64,000 bases of DNA from Candidatus Sysuiplasma jiujiangense (lineage in GTDB: Archaea; Thermoplasmatota; Thermoplasmata; Sysuiplasmatales; Sysuiplasmataceae), in assembly GCA_019721075.1 (NCBI GenBank), contig JAHEAD010000012.1:1-64000 (forward strand). Reading direction: 5' to 3'. The notes under the pieces were generated by a model, which saw only the letters and a list, made by a program, of their open reading frames with translations, was not told where the DNA came from and did no database searches. Numbering within the stretch: position 1 is the stretch's first letter; each line of letters starts with the position of its first letter. Positions 30,561 to 41,049 of the stretch are shown piece after piece. Position numbers and translations under genes: made by a program.

Positions 30561-31157
30561 ATGAAAAAAGACAAGCTTGTTCTTGACGAAGTGGATGCCA
30601 CACTTATAAGGTCGTTGCAGGGAAATGCGAGACAGTCATTGAGGGCAATTTCCAGAAGAACTGGTTCTTCCGTTCCCACATTGAGCCTGAAATTGCAGAG
30701 ATTGATGGAAACAGGCGCAATCAAGGGCTTCACCGCGGTGATAGATTCAGAGATGTTCGGATTCCACGATTACCTTGTGGAGATTGCACACAGACCCGGC
30801 GTAATGAAAGACCTGGAAAAATACGCCAGCGAGTTCTCTCATTGTGTCATAACACAGGATTCAAGGGTCGTCGGCATATTTTCAGGAAGAGAGAAAGATG
30901 TGGTTGCACTCTATTCCAAGATGTCGTCGATCAGGGGAGTGGAAAGAATAAGCATAACACCGACAGTTTCATATGAGACAAATACGATGAAACCCGAACT
31001 TGAAAGGGGGGCAAAAATAAACATACGCTGCTATTACTGCAAAGGGGAGATCGGTCCTTCGCCTGTTACAATCAGATCCGGCGGGAAGACAACGTATTTG
31101 TGCTGCAGCAGTTGCAAAAAGCTTTACGTTGAAAAGATTGCCGGGCTTAAGGGATAA
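30561..31157 (+). CDS. Lrp/AsnC-type HTH regulator with C-terminal TRASH domain (archaeal cop regulator)
   Basis: N-terminal Lrp-like HTH; C-terminal CYYC...YLCCSSC; divergent from the cop operon. Confidence 0.9.
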   Translation: MKKDKLVLDEVDATLIRSLQGNARQSLRAISRRTGSSVPTLSLKLQRLMETGAIKGFTAVIDSEMFGFHDYLVEIAHRPGVMKDLEKYASEFSHCVITQDSRVVGIFSGREKDVVALYSKMSSIRGVERISITPTVSYETNTMKPELERGAKINIRCYYCKGEIGPSPVTIRSGGKTTYLCCSSCKKLYVEKIAGLKG

Positions 31158-31302
31158 TCGTCCCGTCACCGTATGACACACCCGATGGAAGCGGCGGGGC
31201 ATTGATGGACGCCAAACGGCTGACGCATAATCCGGGAGTAAATAGCGCTTCCGCAAATCCGTGTATTTAAATTGCGGTTTGTGCGGGAGCGCCTCCTGTT
31301 GT

Positions 31303-32070
31303 TTATCTTGCCGTATATCCTCCGTCTATTACAAGTTCCGAACCAGTCATGAACGCAGATTCATCCGAAAGAAGGAATGCAATACCATCTGCAATTTCGT
31401 CGCTTTTCCCTAGCCTGCCGATTGGATGCAGGCTCTTCAGCTGCTCATAAACAAGATTCCTGTTTCCCATGCTGTCAGCGAAGTTCTGAACCATAGGTGT
31501 GTCGATAAATCCAGGATGTACCGAGTTAACCCGTATGTTGTATTTTGCATAGAAAAGTGCGTCAGTCTTCGTCATCAAACGGACTGCACCCTTCGAAGCG
31601 TGGTATGGTGGTGCATCCTCGGCTCCCACGAGACCGTATATTGACGAGAGGTTGACGATAGAACCTGCCCTTTGCGAAATCATCTGAGGTATGGCATGTT
31701 TGGTGCAGAAAAATACACCCTTCACGTTCACAGCAAAAACACGATCCCAGTCTTTTTCATCTATTTCATGAGTTGGCTTGCTTACGCCTGAAATTCCGGC
31801 ATTGTTGACCAGGCCGAATACGGGACCAAGCTCCCTGGCGACTTTGTCGAAGACGGAAGATACCTCCGACTCCCTGCTCACATCCAGATGATAGTATTTG
31901 GCTGAAAGACCCTTAGATATTAGTTCGTCGACGGCCTTATTGCCCTGCACATCACTGATATCACACATTGCGACCTTCGAACCCTCCTGTGCCAGTCTGA
32001 CCGCAGCTGCTTTTCCTATGCCCATCGAAGCGCCTGTTACAACCATTACCCGATCTTTCAAGCCTTTCAT
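31303..32070 (-). CDS. Classical short-chain dehydrogenase/reductase
   Basis: TGASMGIG, NNAG, YHASK, IRVNSVHPG, DGG. Confidence 0.95.
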   Translation of the reverse strand: MKGLKDRVMVVTGASMGIGKAAAVRLAQEGSKVAMCDISDVQGNKAVDELISKGLSAKYYHLDVSRESEVSSVFDKVARELGPVFGLVNNAGISGVSKPTHEIDEKDWDRVFAVNVKGVFFCTKHAIPQMISQRAGSIVNLSSIYGLVGAEDAPPYHASKGAVRLMTKTDALFYAKYNIRVNSVHPGFIDTPMVQNFADSMGNRNLVYEQLKSLHPIGRLGKSDEIADGIAFLLSDESAFMTGSELVIDGGYTAR

Positions 32071-32239
32071 ATTGTGTCACCATTTGCTTTCACAGTTCGA
32101 CTGATATTTAAAAGAACGCTGTGATATATTAAGCAATGAATGTTTATATAATCGCCCGTATGAGCACGGGAAATCACAGGGACAATGTGCCAGATGCTTT
32201 TTGCTTCAGTTCTTCCGCACACAGATTAATTGGGTGTTT

Positions 32240-33295
32240 CTAGAAAAAATGAACAGGGATACCCAGATTGGAGAGAAGCGGATATAGAAGCAGGCCCGCA
32301 ATGTATAACCAGCCGAAGAGCTTTTCGTGCAGAAGCGCCTGGCGGTGATACCATAACGGCCATCCGACATAACCGGGCGGCGGTTCAGACGGCCTGCTCT
32401 TCCTTATCACACTAAATGATTTCAGGAGACTGCTGATGTTTATAAAAACCAGAAGAAGCGTGAAAGGCAGCAGAAGGAATATCGCGGAAATGGCGACTGT
32501 TGCGTACATCGCCACCATAGAGAAGAGGAGCATTGCCCGTGACCAGTATTCGCCCAGTCTTACCGGCAGAGTGCCTATGCCTTTCTTGCTGTCAAAGGGC
32601 ATCTGGTCGATATGCTTGCCAATCAAAACAGACATAACACCAAGCCCGAACGGGACGCTTGCCAGAACAACCGAAAGATTGATTGTACCGGTAATTGCGT
32701 AGAATCCGCCTGCAATCATCAATGGTCCCCAGACAACGAAAGAGGAGATTTCTCCGAGGCCCATCATCTTGAGAGATACTGAAGAAACGTCATACAGCGC
32801 CAGAAAAATCACACCAGCCAGTATCAGTATAAACGCGCCTGTGCCTCTCAGGAGCAGAAAATAAGCAGCAATGGAAAGCAGAACCGCTGAAATAACGAAC
32901 AATGTTACCACCATCTCCCCCATGCTCACGATTCCGTCAGCGATTGGATGGAGTGTGTACCTCCTTCGAGGAGAATCTGGTGAATCATGGCCGTACCTGA
33001 ATCCGAAGTAATCGTTCAGAAGATTGCTCTCCGTGTGAAGCAGAACAAATGACAGCAGTATGAGCAAGAAATTCAGTAAGCTGAATGATTTGAAAATATA
33101 AGCCAGCAATCCGCTGATTACGGCCGCCTGAAATGATATTACCAGAATTGTGCTTCTCATTGAATAGAGCATTCTTGTAACAAAGTCGTTCGAAGTCTTT
33201 GAACTGCCTTTGTCGTAAAAACCTCGGAAGGCATTTGACCATGAAACCATCCTGTGCTTCACCCCATCCCGGGAAACTGGCGTATCCGCTTTCAT
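32240..33295 (-). CDS. menA: UbiA-family prenyltransferase, MenA-like
   Basis: NLLNDYF, GLGEI, D-x-x-x-G-x-x-TLPVRLG; multi-TM; overlaps the upstream gene (ATGA). Confidence 0.78.
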   Translation of the reverse strand: MKADTPVSRDGVKHRMVSWSNAFRGFYDKGSSKTSNDFVTRMLYSMRSTILVISFQAAVISGLLAYIFKSFSLLNFLLILLSFVLLHTESNLLNDYFGFRYGHDSPDSPRRRYTLHPIADGIVSMGEMVVTLFVISAVLLSIAAYFLLLRGTGAFILILAGVIFLALYDVSSVSLKMMGLGEISSFVVWGPLMIAGGFYAITGTINLSVVLASVPFGLGVMSVLIGKHIDQMPFDSKKGIGTLPVRLGEYWSRAMLLFSMVAMYATVAISAIFLLLPFTLLLVFINISSLLKSFSVIRKSRPSEPPPGYVGWPLWYHRQALLHEKLFGWLYIAGLLLYPLLSNLGIPVHFF

Positions 33296-36024
33296 GAAAA
33301 TTGCTCGCCATCCCCGTCCGACAATGCTGGATTCCTCTTCATGCCGAAAATTCCATACCTTTCCACTTTCTGGATTCTAATACGTGTATCCACGATGCTT
33401 AATCCCTTGCCCTCGTCATGGACAATCACAGGGTTCATATCCATCTCAAATATCTCAGGCACATCTCTGACCAGAGAACCGATACGGACAATGAGATCGT
33501 TGAATGCACTGACATCCTTCTTTGTGTTTCCCCTGAATCCGGTCAACAGAGGATAAGATTTGAGAGAGCTTATCATGGAGAAGGCGTCGGAGTCGGAGAT
33601 CGGAGGCAGCCTGATAGATATGTCCTTAAAAAGTTCTACCGAAGTGCCGCCGTAACCGCATGCAACTACGGGACCGAAAGTTCCGTCGTTTGTTACACCG
33701 ACAAACATTTCCGTGCCCTCCGCTGCCATCGGCTGTATAAGGAAACCCGCTGTCTTTTTACCCTTCGATTCTATTTCACTCTTCATAATCTCCGCTTCCT
33801 GAGCGACTACAGACGCTTCGAGATTGACCCTGACACCGCCGACATCGCTTTTGTGTATAACCTCCGGGGAGATTATTTTAAGAGCGACTCTGCCTCCGAA
33901 TTTATTTGCCGCCTGAGCTGCTTCTAATGGAGTCTTGCACTCAGCATACTCGGAGATTTCGATGTTATACGAAGATAGCAGCCTTCTAATTTCGTCTAGA
34001 TTCAACCACTCTCTGCCTGCCGCAAGAGCAGAGGAGATGACAGATGCCACCTGATCTATCTTGCCGCCGGGGACAGGCGGGTAATTGCCTTTAGGTGATT
34101 TCTTCCATATTGCATATTCATTGACTTTGGCAAGCGCATTGACAGCCTCTTCGGGAAAATGGAACGACGGTATACGCCTCCTGTCTGATGAAAGAATATC
34201 AGCCACCCCTTTCGATGCTATGAAAACGCTGATAATAGTCGTTTCAGGATGGGCGGCGGCAGCCTCCAGAATGTGGCGGGAAACGTCCTCCGCCCTTACC
34301 ATGATCGGAGGTACGAATATCACTATTACACTCCCGACCTTTTCTTCCTGACAGACTATGGAGATTGCCTTGAAATAATCCTCTGGAAGAGCACCGGCAC
34401 TCATATCCACGGGATTGCGTATCGAGGCAAGGGGAGAAAGGGAGGAACGGAGTTTTTCTGTCGTATCTGTAGAAAAACTGACAACTTCGAGACCCGACAG
34501 TTCGCATGCATCCGCCGCCAGGATCCCTGCACCTCCTGCATTTGTGACAATAGCGACTCCCTTGCTTTTCGGAAGAGGCTGTGTCGAGAGTATCGATGCA
34601 ATGTCGAACACTTCTCCCAGCGTCTCGGCACGCAGGACACCCGTCTGCCTGAACAGGGTATCCACGGTGATATCAGAACCGGAGACAATCGAACCCGTAT
34701 GACTGAGGGCAGCTCTGGAACCAGCCCTGCTTCTACCGCTCTTTACAGCAACGATGGGTTTTGAGAGCGAGACCTTTCTGGCAATAGAAGCGAATTTCCT
34801 CGGATTGCCAAATGATTCCAGATACATCAAAATTACGGCCGTTCTGTCGTCATGTGCCCAGAATTCAAGAAGATCGTTCCCTGAGATGTCAGCCTTGTTT
34901 CCGGTCGAGATGAATTGAGAAAGACCAAGACCAAGACTGTTCATTTCTGCCATTACTGCGATGCCGAGTGCTCCCGACTGCGAAAAGAAACCGATGTTGC
35001 CCGGTGAAACATGAATCGGTGCGAACTGTGCGTTCAGGCTCACTGCGGGATCTGAATTCAGGTAACCCATACAATTGGGTCCTATGAGTCGGACACCATG
35101 ATCAAGACATAGCCTGTAAAGTTCCTCCTGCATTTTTTTGCCATTTTCAGTGCCCATTTCAGCAAAACCCGACGAAATCACCACTATTGTTTTGACACCT
35201 TTGGAAAAGCTCTGGAGTGCGACATCCCTCACGTATTTTGCCGGAACTGCGATTATGGCTACGTCAAGATCGACAGGGCAGTCTGAAACTGTCCTGTAAG
35301 AATGCATCGCCTGTACGGATTCATATTCATTGTTTACAGGATAAACCACCCCTGTGAAACCTCCCTCAACTATGTTTCGGAGCAGTTGCCATCCGATTGT
35401 TCCCTTCTTTGTTGAAGCGCCGACAACAGCAATGCGTTTTGCCTCAAAGAGAGCTTTCAATGCATTGCGTGCAGAAACCATCTCCATAGTTTCGAAAATG
35501 CGCCTGCTCTCTTCCGTGTTTGAGGGCGAAAATCGAATATCAATGACACCCGCATTTATGCTCAGCTTATATGGATAGCCAAGCTTTTCAATCAATTTGA
35601 GTAGAGTGGTATTGTCCGGAAGCACTGATGCCGTTACCTCACTGAATCCTTGTTCATTGGCATAGGAGATAGCTGCCTGTACAAGAATTGTGCCTATCCC
35701 TCTTCCCGCATATTTATCAGAGACGACAACATAAATTCTCCCTTGTCTGGAACCATCGGTGATTTCTGGAATAAGCAGCACGTGGCCAGCTACAACCTCT
35801 TCCCTGATGGCTATGAAGGCGATCTCGCCTTTCTCCGCCGGTATGAGGCTGACGATCAACTCATCTGCAGAACTGAATTTATCGAAGAACCGCTGCTTGA
35901 ATGATTCTGCGGAGAGGGTGGAAACAAAAGCCGAAAGTCTCTGCCTGTCGGAAGGTGTAACATGTTTGACTTCAATCAGCGAACCGTCCTTCAAAGACGC
36001 TGTGAATAAATGTTCTCCGGACAT
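33292..36024 (-). CDS. GNAT acetyltransferase fused to NDP-forming acyl-CoA synthetase (Pat-like)
   Basis: N-terminal GNAT (GRGIG), CoA-binding domain, GPNCMG, SQSGALG, GNKAD, SHTGS, NPVD, HKSDVGGV ATP-grasp. Confidence 0.92.
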   Translation of the reverse strand: MSGEHLFTASLKDGSLIEVKHVTPSDRQRLSAFVSTLSAESFKQRFFDKFSSADELIVSLIPAEKGEIAFIAIREEVVAGHVLLIPEITDGSRQGRIYVVVSDKYAGRGIGTILVQAAISYANEQGFSEVTASVLPDNTTLLKLIEKLGYPYKLSINAGVIDIRFSPSNTEESRRIFETMEMVSARNALKALFEAKRIAVVGASTKKGTIGWQLLRNIVEGGFTGVVYPVNNEYESVQAMHSYRTVSDCPVDLDVAIIAVPAKYVRDVALQSFSKGVKTIVVISSGFAEMGTENGKKMQEELYRLCLDHGVRLIGPNCMGYLNSDPAVSLNAQFAPIHVSPGNIGFFSQSGALGIAVMAEMNSLGLGLSQFISTGNKADISGNDLLEFWAHDDRTAVILMYLESFGNPRKFASIARKVSLSKPIVAVKSGRSRAGSRAALSHTGSIVSGSDITVDTLFRQTGVLRAETLGEVFDIASILSTQPLPKSKGVAIVTNAGGAGILAADACELSGLEVVSFSTDTTEKLRSSLSPLASIRNPVDMSAGALPEDYFKAISIVCQEEKVGSVIVIFVPPIMVRAEDVSRHILEAAAAHPETTIISVFIASKGVADILSSDRRRIPSFHFPEEAVNALAKVNEYAIWKKSPKGNYPPVPGGKIDQVASVISSALAAGREWLNLDEIRRLLSSYNIEISEYAECKTPLEAAQAANKFGGRVALKIISPEVIHKSDVGGVRVNLEASVVAQEAEIMKSEIESKGKKTAGFLIQPMAAEGTEMFVGVTNDGTFGPVVACGYGGTSVELFKDISIRLPPISDSDAFSMISSLKSYPLLTGFRGNTKKDVSAFNDLIVRIGSLVRDVPEIFEMDMNPVIVHDEGKGLSIVDTRIRIQKVERYGIFGMKRNPALSDGDGEQFS

Positions 36025-36417
36025 ACAAATGACACTCCTTGTATATGGTGGGAATGGATGACGTATTACTAAGGTATTCCTGACAGAGAGATAGAGTGAA
36101 CTCTCATGAACCCAGGGGATTGTGATTGTTGATTGAAAGTCGATACGACATGAGGGAACGCCGATAAGGCATGCTCAAACATTGATAAACACTGCACGAC
36201 GATCTCTCCGCCAAGATGAAACAGTCCAAATACATTCGATCTATGATTCATTACCGAAAGGTAATCGGTGTGAAATCGACTGGTGCACAGGGAAAATCCA
36301 GTTCGTCTCCTTTTATTCGTATTATACGTACTGTAATGAAGAAGGATAGAAATCGCCTCGCCGATTTTCGTTGAATCGGAACAGCATGACAGAAGAAGTC
36401 CAACGAAAGGTGAGAAG

Positions 36418-37512
36418 ATGACTACCGTGCAGGAGACTGAATCAAAACAGAAGACAGAAATGGGTTATGAACACATGACGCTCAAAAGGAGCGGGCTGAT
36501 ACTTGCGAGGATTTCCGCAATAGCGTTCGGTATACTGTGGGCGTGGGACGGATATTTCAAGTTTGCAATGAACCTCTACGTCTACATGCCTGCTGCCATA
36601 CAGAGTGCGGGTGTAGGCCAGCCCGCGTATCTCAGCGGATGGTTTTCATTCTGGTACCATCTGGTGGCATGGGATCCGATGCTCTTCACCTGGTCTGTCG
36701 GCGTGATGGAACTGCTTCTCGCATTCGCGCTGATCCTCGGATTTGCCAGAAAACTCGCATATTTCGGCGGCATAGCCCTGTCGCTGATTATTTGGACTGT
36801 TCCTGAAGGGTTCGGCGGACCGTACGGTGCGGGTTCGCTCGTGCTCGGGGCAGCGCATGTCTACGCGATAGCCTTCCTTGTCCTCATAGCGCTCAATGCG
36901 ACATTTGGTCCTGACATATACACGCTTGACGCCCATATCAGCCGGAAGTACGCGTCCTGGCGCAGGATTGCGGAGATAAGGTCAAACGGAGGTGCGTCAC
37001 CAAACTGGTTCGGCAGGAACTCAATGAAACTCAGCAGATTCGCAGCGATACTCTTCGGTCTCGTATTCGCGGGCGAGACGTATCTTGTGTTCGCATACAA
37101 CACACCGTCGACGATTGTTTCTGCAATAAAGGGCGCTGCATCGGGACAGCCGGCATACATCAGCGGATGGTACTCATTCTGGATTTCACAGGTCACGGCC
37201 GCACCTGCATTCTACTACTACCTGATAGGTGCTGTCGAGCTGCTGCTGGCATTCTCGCTGCTCATGGGCTTCGCCAGGAAGGCCGGTTATATCGGCGGCA
37301 TGATATACGCACTGATGGAATGGGCGACGCTCAAGGCGTTCGGCGGACCCATATCCGCCGGCTACACCGATGCCGGGCAGGTGATAACGGCCATAGTGTT
37401 CCTGATATTCCTGGCACTCAATGCGGCGCACGGAACAGATCCATACACACTGGATGCCAGGATTGAGAAGAAGTTCCCGTTCTGGCGCAGGGTTGCAGAG
37501 ATGGCAAAGTGA
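36418..37512 (+). CDS. Tandem-duplicated DoxX/DoxD-like membrane protein
   Basis: Two internal repeats (GQPAY-x-SGW-x-SFW; ELLLAF; GFARK; FGGP; YTLDA; WRR-x-AE). Confidence 0.75.
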   Translation: MTTVQETESKQKTEMGYEHMTLKRSGLILARISAIAFGILWAWDGYFKFAMNLYVYMPAAIQSAGVGQPAYLSGWFSFWYHLVAWDPMLFTWSVGVMELLLAFALILGFARKLAYFGGIALSLIIWTVPEGFGGPYGAGSLVLGAAHVYAIAFLVLIALNATFGPDIYTLDAHISRKYASWRRIAEIRSNGGASPNWFGRNSMKLSRFAAILFGLVFAGETYLVFAYNTPSTIVSAIKGAASGQPAYISGWYSFWISQVTAAPAFYYYLIGAVELLLAFSLLMGFARKAGYIGGMIYALMEWATLKAFGGPISAGYTDAGQVITAIVFLIFLALNAAHGTDPYTLDARIEKKFPFWRRVAEMAK

Positions 37513-37731
37513 GCAGCTGCCGGAACTGAAACCATATTCGCAATGTGCGGTGGTCAGATGAGGAGGAACGCCGAAGGCATTATCTGTGCCTGGACAGGCG
37601 GCGGCCACCGCACCGCTTTACTCCATCCGTCGCCAGCCGGCAGCGATGCCGGACGGCACGGGAAACGACATGTATGCGGTAATGCCATCTCGCATCACGG
37701 AGAATGGTACAATGCAGCAGAGGGGTTCGAT

Positions 37732-38817
37732 TTGGAAAGGGAGTTGAGACGCCTTCAGCGCCTCGGAACAGCGAGTCTCGGCATATCGATACCCAAGGAG
37801 TGGGCGAAGGCGAGGGGGTTCAGGGCAGGAAGCCTGCTGAACTTGACGATGTCCGATGACGGCAACATAGTGATAAGCCCGTCCGAAGCCGGGGTGCCGG
37901 CATTCCCCGCGGACTGCACCATACATGCCGACAGCTGCCCGGATGCGAAGCTGATACTGAGAACCATCATAGGCTGCTACGTTGTCGGCTACAGCACGAT
38001 AAGGGTTGTTTCGAGCGAGGAACTCACGGGAGAACAGAACGAGAACGTGAGGCTCGCTGTGGAAATGCTCACGGGTGTCACAGTCGTTGAACAGAGCGAC
38101 AGACACATTCTCCTGGAGATCATGATACAGCCCCCGAACTACCCGATGATGTCTATGATCAGGAGACTCTATTCGCTGTCCTCCCTCATGGTGGAGAGGA
38201 CGCTCGACAGCATGTTTAGCCCGGAGACGAAGACGCATACCGAAATACTGAGGATGGAGTCGGATGTTGACAGGCTTTACAGGCTGATCCTGCGCCTTCT
38301 GCTGCTGAGCGCACGTGACAGGGATCTTGCCAGGCAGATAGGAATAACGGACATGCGCCATCTGCTCGGGGACAGGGCAATTTCCGCCAGCCTCGAATTC
38401 GTCGGCGATCTCTGCGAAGAGCTTGTTCTTGAGTTCGCCGAGGTTCCGCCTCAGAAAGAGTATGAGCACATCATGCATGGAAAAGTTGGAAAACTCTCGG
38501 CCATGTTTCATGAGCTGTCAACCAGCGCCTCCTCCTGCCTCTTTGAACACGACCTGAATGCTGCATCACAGGCGCTTGACAGCGTACTGCTGCTTGAAAG
38601 GGAGTGCTGGTCAGGCATGAAGACGATACGTGGCAGTGAAATGAAGAGGGGGAGCGCTGCGGCATCTGTGGGAAAGGACGAGACGTGCCGCTATTCCCTG
38701 CTCTTCAGCAGCATCAGGAACATAGCCAAGGAATATGAGCTGCTTGTGCAGGTAATGATGAACAGGTTCATCGAGGCACCAAATCCGAAATTTCCCTATC
38801 TTGAGATCGGGAAGTGA
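37732..38817 (+). CDS. AbrB-PhoU family transcriptional regulator
   Basis: RRLQRLG...ISIPKEWA AbrB domain; ESDVDRLY PhoU-like helices; TTG start. Confidence 0.85.
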   Translation: MERELRRLQRLGTASLGISIPKEWAKARGFRAGSLLNLTMSDDGNIVISPSEAGVPAFPADCTIHADSCPDAKLILRTIIGCYVVGYSTIRVVSSEELTGEQNENVRLAVEMLTGVTVVEQSDRHILLEIMIQPPNYPMMSMIRRLYSLSSLMVERTLDSMFSPETKTHTEILRMESDVDRLYRLILRLLLLSARDRDLARQIGITDMRHLLGDRAISASLEFVGDLCEELVLEFAEVPPQKEYEHIMHGKVGKLSAMFHELSTSASSCLFEHDLNAASQALDSVLLLERECWSGMKTIRGSEMKRGSAAASVGKDETCRYSLLFSSIRNIAKEYELLVQVMMNRFIEAPNPKFPYLEIGK

Positions 38818-39393
38818 AAGAACGAAGGTAACCCGGGTCCGCCTTTCCTCCGGTTTGCATATTGTTATTGTTTGTTTTCCTGTTCAGGATTGAACATCCC
38901 TTTACAACAGTAACGCTGTCCTATCTTTCCATCATATTTCGTGTCACCTGCCGAATGATAAGGGTCCGTGTCCCGTTAATCTGCATAGCGGCAACGCCGC
39001 CACACGGACACACCAGATTTGACAAGGGGACAGAAGATGCGCATATGTTCACTTTACCTGGACAGTCTTCCAGGCATGTTCGAGGCATAAGCGAAAAATA
39101 GCCAATAAGATGGGATTCGAAATGAGAGCGCGAATCGCCACTGCAGACAAATCGCTTTGCACATTATAGGTGTAACGACGCATCATGTGTTCGGAGGCGG
39201 AAAGCGGAAACAAGACTGGCAGATGTGACGGGCCCGAAGTCCTGAAGAGCATATACATTCTACCTGAAGCACCCCCAGACAATATACGGAAGTCACCCTC
39301 GGCGAAGGAGAAGTCATGTACACCTCATAGGCAGAGTCCGGCATATTCTAACGCTTCATAGATCAAAACTGTGTAAATGGACCCGAAGCAGTT

Positions 39394-40074
39394 TCAGCTC
39401 ACAACAACCGTACCCATCATCCACCCTGGAGTAGCTGTAGAGCCTCCCCATCCCGTTGGCCCTGAACCACATGCCGCCTCGCACTGCCACACATACACTG
39501 CAGAATGATAGAAGATGAAGGACGCCTGAACGATTGATAGAGGTCCCACCGGTATGTTAAGTATCACGGGATTTCCGAGGGTTCTTCCTGCTATCACGGT
39601 GAATGTGTGAGAAATGTCGTTGGCTGGAACAGAGGATGACTGTATGCCGCCGGAGATCTGAATGCCATTCTGAACCAAACTGGAATTGACATTCTGGATG
39701 TTGAATGTTGAAATTTTATCTCCCAGTGTGCCGGAGACAACGGCATAGTTTCCATTTGGATTGAGAGGACTCGTCGCATTGTCCAGATTTATTATCGTGA
39801 GAACAATGAGGCGATTTGCGGGAAACGCAAGATTGGCCGATGAATACAGATTTCCGCGATGAAGAACGAAATAGGCATCCTGATAACCCACACTTGAATT
39901 ATACCAGTTCTTTGGGGTCACGAGAAGTGTCAGGTGGAAAGGGACACCGGCAACGTTCTGTTCAGGGGACGCATTATAATATTTTGTCAGGAGGTATGGC
40001 ATGGCTGCAATTGATAAACCGCTGATCAGGACGAGGGCAACTATCACAACCTCAGCCCGTTTAGATTTGTTCAT
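39394..40074 (-). CDS. Secreted/anchored cupredoxin-like protein with atypical H...CxxxC...M site
   Basis: N-terminal TM; SHTFTV and YVWQCEAACG...GWMMG. Confidence 0.7.
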   Translation of the reverse strand: MNKSKRAEVVIVALVLISGLSIAAMPYLLTKYYNASPEQNVAGVPFHLTLLVTPKNWYNSSVGYQDAYFVLHRGNLYSSANLAFPANRLIVLTIINLDNATSPLNPNGNYAVVSGTLGDKISTFNIQNVNSSLVQNGIQISGGIQSSSVPANDISHTFTVIAGRTLGNPVILNIPVGPLSIVQASFIFYHSAVYVWQCEAACGSGPTGWGGSTATPGWMMGTVVVS

Positions 40075-40567
40075 GCTGCTACACTCCCGCAGCAACATTG
40101 ACTATATTCAGGCACTTGCATGCTGATCACCGATAATGTTAAAGTATTGATCATGGACTTTGCATAATAACTGACCGTCAATACAATAATTACAATATGC
40201 ATGTCGACAGGGTGAAAGATGATACTGCCTGCCCCGAAAATGCGTTCAGATGGCGATAAATCCGGCGACTTCTGAGATAACACGTTGCAAGCCGTGCAGG
40301 AATCACTAGCTGATGCTATTCATTAGAGACGATGGAAATCATGGCATGATGATCGTTTGGCAGACAGCCTGGTATGTACTATAGGCAGAGGCAAGATGGC
40401 GAGATGCGACTTGGCACAACCTGCATAGGCGCTTGTGCTGTCAGGGCGATACTTCCCATGCAACCTGGAGGATGCTTCGTACATCACTGTCCTGTTATGC
40501 AGATCTGATATTTGCACACCCGATTTGCGTTTCGTATGCAATTCCTGTCGTCTCACGCGTCATGCTT

Positions 40568-40960
40568 TCACCTCTTCGAAAGATCTTCCCTCATCTGCAG
40601 ATACTGCTCCCTCGTTATGTCCCCCTTCGCATACTTTTCATCCAGTATCTCTCTGGCTCTGTCTTGACCTCCCCCAGCCTGCGGCCCGCCGGAGTAATAG
40701 TGATGAACCTCATGAGGCCCGTTTGCAATCCTGATTATCCAGTATATGAAAAGGAACAGCAGGAGCAGTGGAATCACCATGAAGACGGCCATGAGAGGAT
40801 ATGCATAGGTCGTCATCATGCTGTAACCATACGGATAGCCGTATGTGGTTCTGCCATATCCTGCCAGGAAATAACTGGCGGCTGCTCCAGCAACGATCAC
40901 CACCGCTATCAACACTATCACAAGCCAGAAAACACGTTCGAATTCGTTCTTCTCTTCCAT
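40568..40960 (-). CDS. SHOCT-domain membrane protein
   Basis: Two TM helices plus ILDEKYAKGDITREQY. Confidence 0.88.
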   Translation of the reverse strand: MEEKNEFERVFWLVIVLIAVVIVAGAAASYFLAGYGRTTYGYPYGYSMMTTYAYPLMAVFMVIPLLLLFLFIYWIIRIANGPHEVHHYYSGGPQAGGGQDRAREILDEKYAKGDITREQYLQMREDLSKR

Positions 40961-41010
40961 TTAATCACCAGAGACCCTATTGGCTGAAATTGGATATCAA
41001 TCCGACCTGA

Positions 41011-41039
41011 AATTGATTGAAATGAGTTTCAAATCAATT
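41011..41039. promoter_or_regulatory. Imperfect inverted repeat, putative operator upstream of the SHOCT gene
   Basis: AATTGATTGAAA-TGAG-TTTCAAATCAATT; additional CTGAAATTG direct repeats nearby. Confidence 0.5.
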
Positions 41040-41049
41040 GCTGCAGACA

